Source: Blastochloris sp. (lineage in GTDB: Bacteria > Verrucomicrobiota > Verrucomicrobiia > Methylacidiphilales > JAAUTS01). From it: a stretch of DNA of 64,000 bases. The notes under the pieces were generated by a model. The model was not told where the DNA came from. It did no database searches and saw only the letters and a list, made by a program, of their open reading frames with translations. The position numbers were made by a program, and so were the translations under genes. Shown in pieces: positions 37,191-46,472 of the stretch. Numbering within the stretch: position 1 is the first letter of the stretch; each line of letters opens with the position of its first letter. The stretch spans positions 6,542 through 70,541 of the forward strand of contig JAWXBW010000048.1 of assembly GCA_034440395.1 (NCBI GenBank), written 5' to 3'.

Positions 37191-38249
37191 TCAGAGAGAT
37201 TTTTGAGCCCAGCGTAATTTAGCGGAACTGGATCGGGGATTAAGCTGGCATTCCTGAGGACTTGGGCGGATCACATCGGAGATTTTACAATAGAGGCTTT
37301 CTTGGAGGCCGCTTTGGAAGGCTTTCTTGACGCGCCTATCTTCACCAGAATGGAAGGTGAGAATGGCAACTTTACCCGAGGGTTTTAAGCATTCAGGGAG
37401 GTGCTTGAGCAGGGTGTCGAGGGCTTGGAATTCATTATTAACGTGAATGCGGAGTGTTTGAAAAGTTCGGCGAATGGAGAGAGTTACGTCAGATTCATCC
37501 AAGAAGCGCAGGGTTTGCTTAAGTAATATGCTTAATTCCGTAGTGGTGGTAAAGGTGCGGCCTGCGGTGTGTTGAGCAATGAGGGAGGCGTGTTCTTCAT
37601 CGGCGTTATCAATGAGGAGTTGGGTTAAGTCAGCCACGTTGCAGTTTTGTAAAAACTGGGAAGCAGAAATTCCTTTCTCGGGGTTCATCCGCATATCGAG
37701 AGGGCCGTGGTGTTTGACGGAAAAGCCCCGTTCGGGTTGATCTAGTTGCATGGATGACACACCTAAGTCGGCCAAAATTCCATCTACCCCTCCTAAGCCT
37801 TCCAGAGCTAAGGCGCGTTTTATTCCAGCAAAGTTACTGCGTTGTGTGCGGAAGGTTTCTGCGTTGAAGCCGAGTGAGCGTAGGCGAGTTTCTGTTTTAG
37901 GTTGTTCTATAGGATCAACGTCTAGCCCGATTAAGAGGCCATTGGGCTGAATTCTAGCTAAAAGTTCTCGGGCGTGACCGCCGTAGCCTAGGGTGCAATC
38001 AAGGAAGGTTTGACTAGGATGCGGATCGAAAATTTCTAAAATTTCGGCCAGCATGACGGGGAGGTGCGAGCCAGCGGGGGTTTTACCAGAAGCGATTACT
38101 TTGGCGATAGTTTCGGGGTGAAGCTCAGGTTGGTGCTCTTTATATTTTTGATCATAGCGGCGAGGGTTTTTACCGCTGTAACGGGTACGACGTCGGTGAG
38201 GCGTGGGTGGCGTGGGAGACTCGTTCTGGGGTGGGGATGAGTCGTTCAC
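37191..38249 (-). CDS. rsmH: 16S rRNA (cytosine1402-N4)-methyltransferase RsmH with a basic N-terminal extension
   Basis: HLPVMLAEILE, DCTLGYGGHA, ADLGVSSMQLD and LTFHSGEDR motifs. GTG start overlaps the upstream stop. Confidence 0.9.
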   Translation of the reverse strand: MNDSSPPQNESPTPPTPHRRRTRYSGKNPRRYDQKYKEHQPELHPETIAKVIASGKTPAGSHLPVMLAEILEIFDPHPSQTFLDCTLGYGGHARELLARIQPNGLLIGLDVDPIEQPKTETRLRSLGFNAETFRTQRSNFAGIKRALALEGLGGVDGILADLGVSSMQLDQPERGFSVKHHGPLDMRMNPEKGISASQFLQNCNVADLTQLLIDNADEEHASLIAQHTAGRTFTTTTELSILLKQTLRFLDESDVTLSIRRTFQTLRIHVNNEFQALDTLLKHLPECLKPSGKVAILTFHSGEDRRVKKAFQSGLQESLYCKISDVIRPSPQECQLNPRSSSAKLRWAQKSL

Positions 38250-38593
38250 AGTTGGTTGTATTTTTTATTATTACCTTTGGCTTTTTCAACTGAGTAGCGT
38301 AGGTCGTTCTGCGCCAGCTTAGCTTCCACGGCGGCACTGAGATCTATTTCGCAATTGGCGGCCATTTCAAAGAGGAGGATGGCGATGTCAGCCATTTCGG
38401 AAGCGATTTCTGTTTTGTGGGTTTGAACGCGTTGGTCGGACTGACTAGAGTCTTGCCAGACGAAGTGTTGCAAAAGCTCGGAGGCTTCTACAGAGATAGC
38501 TAGAGCCATTTCCTTGGGTCCATGATAAGGCTTCCAATCTCGGGCATCACGGAAAACTAGTATTTTTGAGGTGAGTTCTGTGATAGAGGTCAT
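38246..38593 (-). CDS. MazG-like nucleotide pyrophosphohydrolase domain protein
   Basis: 115 aa, all-alpha, with a metal-binding EASELLQHFVW ... EMADI pattern typical of small MazG-type NTP pyrophosphohydrolases. Confidence 0.7.
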   Translation of the reverse strand: MTSITELTSKILVFRDARDWKPYHGPKEMALAISVEASELLQHFVWQDSSQSDQRVQTHKTEIASEMADIAILLFEMAANCEIDLSAAVEAKLAQNDLRYSVEKAKGNNKKYNQL

Positions 38594-38756
38594 GGGGTAT
38601 ATTAAAGAGTGTGCTTAGAAGATTGAAAACTTATAAAATCGGTTGTCGTTTGAAGCTGTTAAAATATTTAAAAATCATCTTTAACTTTACAAGGGATCGC
38701 TAGTATTGACGAAACAACACATGAGCAATCTTTTTATTAATGGTATCGCGTAGTTT

Positions 38757-41234
38757 ATGAACAATAGGTGGAAAGCTTTTAGATCACTGGTTTTATTAGT
38801 TATACTAAGCCTAAGTTCTTCTTTGACTGAGGCGCAAACTGATTTAACTCAGGAAGAAAGGGCTTATCTTCAAGCAAATCCTATCCTTACTTTTGTTAGT
38901 GGAAATAATCAACCACCGCTTATCTTTTTTGATGAGAACGGCCTCGGCCAAGGCGTCTATGTTGATGTTATTAGATGGATGAGTCAGGAGATTGGATTTA
39001 CCCCAAAGTTCATTTACCGTAACCACAGCAAGGTGCCAGAGTCACTGAAAAATGGTGAGGCAGATGTCTTTATGACGTCAACATCTAGCAAAGAGGGTGT
39101 GTCAGAGTATAGTTTTTCTTCTTTAGTAATGGAAGTGCCGAACTACATTTTCGTTTCGACTCAAACAGATAGCATCAAGACATTTGAAGATTTGAAACAG
39201 AAGATTGTTGCCGTGCCAAGGGGCAGCGAGGCTGAGGGTTTTCTGAAAAGAAGTATCCTGCCACTTAGAATTTACTATACCGCAGACTTTCCTACTGCCC
39301 TTAGAGCCGTAGTTGATGGTAAAGCAGACGCCTTGATTGGAGACATGGGACTCGTCAATTATACATTAAATAATTTAAAATTAAATGGAAGATTGAAGGC
39401 TAATGATCGACCCGTTTACACCAGCAAGCTTTTTCTAGCCACAGCTAAGGATGACCTCCTGCTTTTAGGGTTGTTAAATAAAGGCGTGCTCTTAGCAAAG
39501 AATTCTAAGGTGATGGAAAAACTCAAAGTTAAGTGGCAGCCTGTTCCTCCTTCTTCAGATGGAATTCTGTGGCTGCAGTACCGTGCGCCCATTATCTCAG
39601 TCGTTTTGTTGATTATCGTTTTATTTTTAGTCGTGGTCTTTTTTAACATGCGCCTACGTAATCTGGTGCATAGCCGGACGGCCCAAATCAAGAAAAGTGA
39701 GATAGCGTATCGCAGTCTCACTGAGAACTCGACGGACTTAGTACTAAGGCATGATGCGCGTTATAAGATTCGCTATATTAATCTAGCCGTCGCTCGTTTC
39801 GTTGATAAAAGAATTCGTGAGTTGCAGGACGTAACTCTAGTCGAAGCAGGGTTCCCTCCTGAAGTTTGCCGACAATGGGAAGAGCGTATTGGCGAGGTTT
39901 TTGTTTCAGGAATAAGCTCAACTATGCTTCTGCACGGCACAACAAATGGTGTGCCATGGTGGTTAGATTGTCGCTTAATTCCTGAATTCGCTATGGCGCA
40001 ACAGGTTGAGACGGTTCTTAGTACATGTCGCGATATTACAGAAAGCAAGAAAGCTGAAACCGAGAGGCGCACGCTAGAGCTGCAAATGCAGCAGGCGCAA
40101 AAGCTAGAGAGTTTGGGCGTGATGGCAGGCGGTATAGCCCATGACTTTAATAACCTCTTGGCTACTATCCGTGGAAATGTAGAGCTTGCCTTACTGGATG
40201 AAAATCTTAACGACTCTCAGCGTCAACATCTAGTCTCCATTGACGAGACAACACAACAAGCCTCCAACCTTTGCTCACAAATGCTTGCCTACACTGGTAA
40301 AGCCCAATTTGCCGCGGAGTTGATCGATCTAAATGCACTGGTCATCGGAATGAAGCAACTTTTAAAAGTTTCCCTTGCCAAGAAGGCCAGCATTAAACTT
40401 AACCTTATTGAAAATCTGCCTTTGATTCAAGGTAACCCGACGCAGATCCAACAAATTCTGATGAATCTAGTTTTGAATGCTGCTGAATCTACTGGGAACA
40501 CAGTGGGCACCATCATTATCGAAACCGAAGCTAAGGAAATAGATGAACAGGCTGCACGGGAAAAAGTAACTCCATTGAAACCTACTTCGGGAAACTATGT
40601 TTACCTCAAGGTGTCGGATAATGGTTCAGGTATGAACGCAGAAACGTTAGCACGAATTTTCGATCCTTTTTTTACGACCAAATTTACGGGTCGTGGCTTA
40701 GGTTTAGCTGCTGTTTTGGGCATTATTAAAAGTCACAACGGCTTTATGCATGTGACCAGCGAGTTGGGTGTGGGTTCCGTCTTCACGATCTGGTTTCCCG
40801 TTGTAGAAGGTGAACATAAAATCCTCCCTCAACCTATGCCAAAGAGCTTGCCAGCGTGGAAAGGCACAGGAACTGTTCTTTTGGCGGAGGACGACTTATT
40901 CGTTCAAAACGTAATTTCTAAATTACTAGTTAAGGCGGGTTTTCAAGTTATCATGGCAAGTAATGGGCAAGAGGCCCTAGACCTTTTTGTAGCACATGAA
41001 GGAAAGTTTTCTGCTGTTCTCCTAGACCTAACCATGCCCGTTATGGATGGGGTCACTGCTATGCGAAAAATGAAGGAGCTAAACCCTAAGGCTAAAATTA
41101 TTATTTCTAGCGGTTATCACGCCATGGAAGCGGAAGCCATGCTAGACTTTAATGAACGACCTACCGCCTTCTTACAAAAACCCTATTCCTACACACAATT
41201 GATTGATGTACTAAAAGTAGCATCTGAAAGTTAA
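38757..41234 (+). CDS. Hybrid sensor histidine kinase with periplasmic family-3 solute-binding domain, PAS, HisKA, HATPase and REC
   Basis: Signal/TM segment, SBP_bac_3-like region (EADVFMTS..., VAVPRGSEAEGFL), TM, PAS, H-box GGIAHDFNNLL, G-boxes (DNGSGM, GRGLGLA), and REC (VLLAEDD...LLDLTMPVMDG...KP). Confidence 0.85.
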   Translation: MNNRWKAFRSLVLLVILSLSSSLTEAQTDLTQEERAYLQANPILTFVSGNNQPPLIFFDENGLGQGVYVDVIRWMSQEIGFTPKFIYRNHSKVPESLKNGEADVFMTSTSSKEGVSEYSFSSLVMEVPNYIFVSTQTDSIKTFEDLKQKIVAVPRGSEAEGFLKRSILPLRIYYTADFPTALRAVVDGKADALIGDMGLVNYTLNNLKLNGRLKANDRPVYTSKLFLATAKDDLLLLGLLNKGVLLAKNSKVMEKLKVKWQPVPPSSDGILWLQYRAPIISVVLLIIVLFLVVVFFNMRLRNLVHSRTAQIKKSEIAYRSLTENSTDLVLRHDARYKIRYINLAVARFVDKRIRELQDVTLVEAGFPPEVCRQWEERIGEVFVSGISSTMLLHGTTNGVPWWLDCRLIPEFAMAQQVETVLSTCRDITESKKAETERRTLELQMQQAQKLESLGVMAGGIAHDFNNLLATIRGNVELALLDENLNDSQRQHLVSIDETTQQASNLCSQMLAYTGKAQFAAELIDLNALVIGMKQLLKVSLAKKASIKLNLIENLPLIQGNPTQIQQILMNLVLNAAESTGNTVGTIIIETEAKEIDEQAAREKVTPLKPTSGNYVYLKVSDNGSGMNAETLARIFDPFFTTKFTGRGLGLAAVLGIIKSHNGFMHVTSELGVGSVFTIWFPVVEGEHKILPQPMPKSLPAWKGTGTVLLAEDDLFVQNVISKLLVKAGFQVIMASNGQEALDLFVAHEGKFSAVLLDLTMPVMDGVTAMRKMKELNPKAKIIISSGYHAMEAEAMLDFNERPTAFLQKPYSYTQLIDVLKVASES

Positions 41235-41240
41235 GTCTCC

Positions 41241-42425
41241 GTGAAAGCCTTCCCTTTACATACGGTTGAAGCACTAATCCATCGCCCTAACGGGGCAGGT
41301 GGTTTCTATGCGTTCACGAATTCCGTCGAAGAAATTTCTGGAACTTCAGCCGATTGGAATTTGTTGGAAAACAAATTAAGAGATTATCAGGTAGTAGGCT
41401 GTGACCAACTTCATCCCCCCGGCGCTGCTGTGGGCTACTTCACTTACGAGGGAAGTTTTCATTTTCGTTTCTACACGCACGTAGAAGTTCTTTCCGCAGA
41501 CGCCGTTTATATTCCCACGGAAGAATTGCAAGGCGGTGCCAGCGCTTCTCCTCATGAGTGGACTACATCACACGAGAGGGAACCTTATGGAATTATGGTG
41601 GAGGCAGCGCAGGAGTTTATCCGCGAAGGAAATATTTATCAGGTAAATTTAGCAAGAAGCTTTTCAACCCAAGTAAGAAAGTGGAATGGTTTAGATTTTT
41701 TTAAAGCACTCTGGCACCTAACTAAAGCACCTTACGCAGGTTTTCTGAAATTTAGTGATAGAGAATTAATCGCTGCGTCGCCAGAGCTTTTCATAGGAAT
41801 CCAAGGCCGAGAAATCACTACACAACCGATCAAGGGAACCCGACCTCGTGGATCCACCGTGATGGAGGATAGGCAAAACGCCTTGGAACTAGCGACTAAT
41901 ACGAAAGAAGTAGCTGAGCTCGTTATGATTACGGATTTGGAGCGCAATGATCTTGGAGCCATTTCTGAATATGGCACGGTGGAGGTTAAGGAACTCGTCC
42001 GCTGCCGAGCTTATTCCCATGTCTTTCACCTCGTATCCACCATCACCTCACGCTTACGCAAAGAAATTTCTCCATTACAGGCCGTGCATCGTTGTTTCCC
42101 TGGCGGATCCATAACTGGCGCACCGAAAAAGAAGGCGATGGAAGTGATCCAACAACTTGAAGCGGAGGAGCGGGGAAGTTATACTGGCGCTTTTGGTTAT
42201 TTTGGTTTCGATGGCTCAGTCCAGCTAGGAATGACCATCCGCACCTGTGAACGTAAGGGTGAGCATCTTTCCTTTCGGGTAGGCAGTGGCATTACGATTG
42301 ACTCTGATCCCGTGAAAGAATTTGAGGAGACTAACCATAAAGCTAAAGCCATGAAAGATGCTTATGCTCTCTATTTGAGCGCGCAGAAGTTACACCTAAG
42401 CAAAGGTGAACCCATCCATTCATGA
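41241..42425 (+). CDS. pabB: Aminodeoxychorismate synthase component I (chorismate-binding enzyme, short form)
   Basis: GNIYQVNLA, PELF...ITTQPIKGTRPRG, TDLERNDLG and GGSITGAPKKKAME. Overlaps the pabC-like gene. GTG start. Confidence 0.75.
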   Translation: MKAFPLHTVEALIHRPNGAGGFYAFTNSVEEISGTSADWNLLENKLRDYQVVGCDQLHPPGAAVGYFTYEGSFHFRFYTHVEVLSADAVYIPTEELQGGASASPHEWTTSHEREPYGIMVEAAQEFIREGNIYQVNLARSFSTQVRKWNGLDFFKALWHLTKAPYAGFLKFSDRELIAASPELFIGIQGREITTQPIKGTRPRGSTVMEDRQNALELATNTKEVAELVMITDLERNDLGAISEYGTVEVKELVRCRAYSHVFHLVSTITSRLRKEISPLQAVHRCFPGGSITGAPKKKAMEVIQQLEAEERGSYTGAFGYFGFDGSVQLGMTIRTCERKGEHLSFRVGSGITIDSDPVKEFEETNHKAKAMKDAYALYLSAQKLHLSKGEPIHS

Positions 42426-43156
42426 GTGTGTCTACAGTTAGCGTAGAGGATCAGGGGTTTCGCTGGGGCTTGGGTGTTTTTGAAAGTCTGCGTGTAAAGA
42501 AAGGGGTGGCTCTTTTTCATCAGATGCATTTAGAAAATATCACCGAAGCGGCTGATGCTCTAGGCTTACCCATGCCTGAAGTAGAGCTTTGGAAAAAAGC
42601 ACCCGAGGGAGAGGGTGTTTGGCGTTGGTATCTTACTCCGCAAGCACAACTCACCTCATGGGAAGCGGGCGAGCCTGTCTTGCCTGAATCTTATTCTTTA
42701 AGTCTTTCCCCCTTCATCGTTCAGCGTGCCAGTTGGGAAGCGCGGTATAAGACACTTTCGTATTTATTAAGATACCAAGCTAGGAAGGAAGTCGGCACGG
42801 ATGAGGCTGTTTTACTAAACGAAAATGGGGTATTAGCTTCTGCCAGCATGGCGAATCTGTTTTGGGTAAAAGATGGGTGTCTCAACACGCCTTCGTTAGA
42901 GTGCGGATGTAGGGAGGGTGTGCTGCGTCGTTGGATTGAAGAAAGTTGGGCTGGGAAATTTTATGAAGGAGCCTTTTTTCCTGCTGACCTGCTGGAGGCT
43001 GATGAAGTGTTCGTAACCAATAGTCGAATAGGGGTCATGCCAATTTCAACTTATGGCGGTCGAATATTGGAACTAGGTTCCGTCACGAAAGAACTACAGG
43101 CTCAACATCAAGAAACTGTCATGCGTGAGCTGGGAGTGAAGAAGAAGGAGTTGTGA
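42422..43156 (+). CDS. pabC: Aminodeoxychorismate lyase (class IV aminotransferase fold)
   Basis: GVFESLRV N-terminal motif, YKTLSYL lysine region and VFVTNSRIGVMPI. ATGA-coupled to pabB. Confidence 0.7.
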   Translation: MSVSTVSVEDQGFRWGLGVFESLRVKKGVALFHQMHLENITEAADALGLPMPEVELWKKAPEGEGVWRWYLTPQAQLTSWEAGEPVLPESYSLSLSPFIVQRASWEARYKTLSYLLRYQARKEVGTDEAVLLNENGVLASASMANLFWVKDGCLNTPSLECGCREGVLRRWIEESWAGKFYEGAFFPADLLEADEVFVTNSRIGVMPISTYGGRILELGSVTKELQAQHQETVMRELGVKKKEL

Positions 43157-43163
43157 GAAGAAG

Positions 43164-43901
43164 CTAAACAGAAACCTCAGACCACGCTTTTTCTTGTAAT
43201 TCAAAAAGTTTTTTGATTCCTTCAGCCGCTGCGGAAACAAGTTGTTGCTGTTGCTCTTGCGTGAAGGTGGCTTCTTCTCCACTAGCCTGTAGTTCGACAA
43301 ATTCACCTTTATCAGTCATCACCACATTCATATCTACAGCCGCATCACGATCTTCAATGTAACAAAGATCCGTTACGACGGAATTTTCCCAGATACCCAC
43401 GCTTGTAGCGGCCACGGCACATTTAAGCGGGCTTTGCTTAAGTTTACCGTCTTTAATCAATCGGGCTACGGCCAACTTTAAAGCTAGGTAGGCACCTGTA
43501 ATAGCCGTGGTTCGCGTGCCGCCATCTGCTGCTAGCACATCGCAGTCGATGCTTAAAGTGCGAGGTCCAAGCTCTTCTAAGTTAATAACCGCACGTAAAG
43601 AACGTCCGATGAGACGTTGGATTTCTGAAGAGCGACCATCAAGGCGTCCCTTCGTGATGTCGCGTTGCTTACGATCAAGTGTAGAGTAAGGCAGCATTGA
43701 ATATTCCGCACTAGTCCAACCACCTGTCACGCCTTGCGCTTTCATCCAGCCTGGGACTTTCTCCTCAATCGTTGCGGCGCAGATAACCTGAGTATTCCCG
43801 CAACGTAGGAGAATAGAACCCTTAGCGTTGGGGGCAATATCCCAGACGTAGGTGAGGGGACGTAGTTGATGAAGTTCACGTTGATCAGGGCGAATAGACA
43901 T
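43164..43901 (-). CDS. rph: Ribonuclease PH
   Basis: RPDQRELHQLRP, GSILLRCGNTQVIC, GRLDGRSSEIQRLIGRSLR and CDVLAADGGTRTTAITGA. Confidence 0.95.
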   Translation of the reverse strand: MSIRPDQRELHQLRPLTYVWDIAPNAKGSILLRCGNTQVICAATIEEKVPGWMKAQGVTGGWTSAEYSMLPYSTLDRKQRDITKGRLDGRSSEIQRLIGRSLRAVINLEELGPRTLSIDCDVLAADGGTRTTAITGAYLALKLAVARLIKDGKLKQSPLKCAVAATSVGIWENSVVTDLCYIEDRDAAVDMNVVMTDKGEFVELQASGEEATFTQEQQQQLVSAAAEGIKKLFELQEKAWSEVSV

Positions 43902-43981
43902 AAATTTTAATATAGAAGAGGCAAAAGAGTAGAAATGAAATAGTTAAGGTGCTTCAAGGTTGCAGGCAAGGATTTACGAAC

Positions 43982-44773
43982 TTAAAATTTAGGAACCGCA
44001 TCTAACAGCTTCTTCGTATAAGAATGCTGCGGATTCGCATAGAGATTTTCGGGTTCTCCTTGTTCGACGAGTTTACCTTCCGTCATGACAAGGACTTGAT
44101 CACTAATGTGTTCGATCACAGCAAGATCATGGGAAATAAATAAATACGTGAGCTTAAGTTTCTCTTGGAGATCTTGAAGTAAATTAACAATTTGTGCCTG
44201 AACAGAAACATCAAGCGCACTGACCGGTTCGTCGCAGATGATGCATTCAGGTTCGACCGCAAGAGCACGAGCAATGCCGATTCGTTGGCGTTGGCCGCCG
44301 CTGAATTCGTGAGGGTAACGGTCAATATGCTTTGGTTCTAAGCCGACGAGGTTGAGAAGCTCAGTGATGCGTTGACGACGTTGGATCTTAGTCATCTGAG
44401 GGAAATGAATTTCAAGTGCTTCTCCTATGATCGATTCCACATTCATGCGAGGATTAAGGGAGTTGTAAGGGTCTTGAAAAATCATCTGGATTTTTTTGCG
44501 AAAACTTAAAAAACTGCTGCGTCCTAGATGGGTTATTTCCTGACCTTGATAGTGAATGGAGCCCGCCGTGATATCAACAAGGTGAATGATACTTTTTCCG
44601 ATGGTCGATTTCCCGCTCCCACTTTCACCGACGAGTCCTACTGTTGTGCCCGATTGAATTGTAAAGGAAACATCATCGACCGCTTTAATGTGATCCGTGA
44701 TGCGCTGCAGCACGCCCGTATGAATGGGGAAATAAACTTTAAGATTCTGAACTGAGATAAGCGGGGTGTTCAT
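43982..44773 (-). CDS. ABC transporter ATP-binding protein, OppF/DppF type (no partner genes nearby)
   Basis: Walker A GESGSGKST, signature FSGGQRQR, Walker B IICDEP, and a C-terminal oligopeptide-type extension (YANPQHSYTKKLLDAVP). Confidence 0.85.
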   Translation of the reverse strand: MNTPLISVQNLKVYFPIHTGVLQRITDHIKAVDDVSFTIQSGTTVGLVGESGSGKSTIGKSIIHLVDITAGSIHYQGQEITHLGRSSFLSFRKKIQMIFQDPYNSLNPRMNVESIIGEALEIHFPQMTKIQRRQRITELLNLVGLEPKHIDRYPHEFSGGQRQRIGIARALAVEPECIICDEPVSALDVSVQAQIVNLLQDLQEKLKLTYLFISHDLAVIEHISDQVLVMTEGKLVEQGEPENLYANPQHSYTKKLLDAVPKF

Positions 44774-44792
44774 TTGAAGAGATCTTAATCAT

Positions 44793-46361
44793 TCAAGCCA
44801 TTGCTGCGCGATGTTTTATTAAGCTGTGGCCTGTCATTTCCTGTGGCTTAGGCACATGGATTAGGTCGAGTAAAGTGGGTGCAACATCGGCGAGGATCCC
44901 GTCTTCCATGGTGATACCTGCGACGTCGTTAGCGACGTAAATAAAGTGAACTAGGTTTGTGGTGTGGGCGGTGTGAGGTTTTCCTTCATCGGTAAGTAGG
45001 CGTTCGCAATTTCCATGATCCGCTGTGACCAAAGCAACACCATCCATGCTAAGAACTTTTTCTACCACACGACGCACGCACTCGTCGATGGTTTCGATCG
45101 ATTTGATGACGGACGGGAGAATGCCAGTGTGGCCGACCATGTCGGTATTAGCGAAGTTGAGGATAATGAGATCGTAGGTGCCGGTGTCTAGTCGGCGGAG
45201 CACGGCTTCGGTCAGAGCAGGTGCGCTCATTTCTGGTTGCAAATCGTAAGTGGCAACCTTGGGAGAAGGGACAACTTCCCTGTCTTCTCCTGGATAAGGG
45301 GCTTCGACGCCGCCGTTAAAGAAGAAGGTTACGTGAGGATACTTTTCTGTCTCAGCCATGCGGCATTGGGTTTTACCAGCTTGGCTTACGACTTGGCCAA
45401 GGATGTGATCCATACTCTGAGGTGGGAAGGCATAGTGGGCACCCCATTCTAAATAACGGGCATCATATTGGGTCATGGTTAGGAGGCTAATTTTAGGACG
45501 TTTTGAAACGTCAAAGCTGGTAAAGTGAGGTTCGATCCATGCACGACAGAGTTGGCGTCCACGATCGGATCGAAAATTGAAAAAGAAGACACCGTCATTG
45601 TCTTGCATGAGAGGGCGAGGGGTATCGAGGAAGATATGAGGCTTGATAAATTCATCCGTGATTTTTTCAGCATAGGATTTTTCTAAAACCGTGAGAGGGT
45701 CAGTGGCTTTTTCTCCAACGCCATTAACAAAAAGGTCGTAGGCCAGATAGGTGCGTTCCCAGCGTTCATCACGGTCCATGGCGTAGTAACGACCAATAAG
45801 CGTGGCGATAGTTCCAGATTTAAGTTCCAGAAGTTTGGCTTGTAGGGCTTTGACGTAGCCTAGGCCGCCGTCGGGCGCGGTGTCGCGACCGTCGGTGATG
45901 AGATGGATGAGGATATTTTTTATACCCTGGTCCCGGGCCATCTGGATGGTGGCATAGAGTTGATTTTGGTGGGAATGCACACCACCATCAGAGAGGAGAC
46001 CTACGAGGTGTAGGGTGGAGTTAGCTTTTTTGACTTGGGTGAAGAGTGTGAGCAGTGCTTTGTTTTGAAAAAAATCGCCGTCACGTATGGATTTATTAAT
46101 GCGAGTGATGTCTTGGTAAACGATACGTCCTGCGCCGAGATTGAGGTGTCCTACTTCGGAGTTCCCCATTTGTCCCTCTGGTAGGCCCACTTCCTCCCCG
46201 CTGCAAGAGAGGTGGCTCATAGGATAGGTGGAATAGAGATGGTTGTGGAAAGGGATGTGAGCTAAGAGTGTGGCGTTACCCTCTTGGATGGCGGCAGCTT
46301 GACCTCGCGGGCTGATGCCCCAGCCGTCGCGTATGATGAGAATGACAGGTTTCTTTTTCAT
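44793..46361 (-). CDS. gpmI: 2,3-bisphosphoglycerate-independent phosphoglycerate mutase
   Basis: ILIIRDGWG, MGNSEVGHLNLGAGR, SDGGVHSH and ADHGNCE. ATG at 46361 is preferred over the TTG at 46400. Confidence 0.95.
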   Translation of the reverse strand: MKKKPVILIIRDGWGISPRGQAAAIQEGNATLLAHIPFHNHLYSTYPMSHLSCSGEEVGLPEGQMGNSEVGHLNLGAGRIVYQDITRINKSIRDGDFFQNKALLTLFTQVKKANSTLHLVGLLSDGGVHSHQNQLYATIQMARDQGIKNILIHLITDGRDTAPDGGLGYVKALQAKLLELKSGTIATLIGRYYAMDRDERWERTYLAYDLFVNGVGEKATDPLTVLEKSYAEKITDEFIKPHIFLDTPRPLMQDNDGVFFFNFRSDRGRQLCRAWIEPHFTSFDVSKRPKISLLTMTQYDARYLEWGAHYAFPPQSMDHILGQVVSQAGKTQCRMAETEKYPHVTFFFNGGVEAPYPGEDREVVPSPKVATYDLQPEMSAPALTEAVLRRLDTGTYDLIILNFANTDMVGHTGILPSVIKSIETIDECVRRVVEKVLSMDGVALVTADHGNCERLLTDEGKPHTAHTTNLVHFIYVANDVAGITMEDGILADVAPTLLDLIHVPKPQEMTGHSLIKHRAAMA

Positions 46362-46472
46362 GAATGAAACTATGAGATGCGTTGCTGTCTTTTTAATCAA
46401 GAGGAATCGGTAGTAGTTTAAAATTGAGGTTCTTTATGCTTGAGCCTTGTGAGGCATTCAGAGTAAAGCTTA

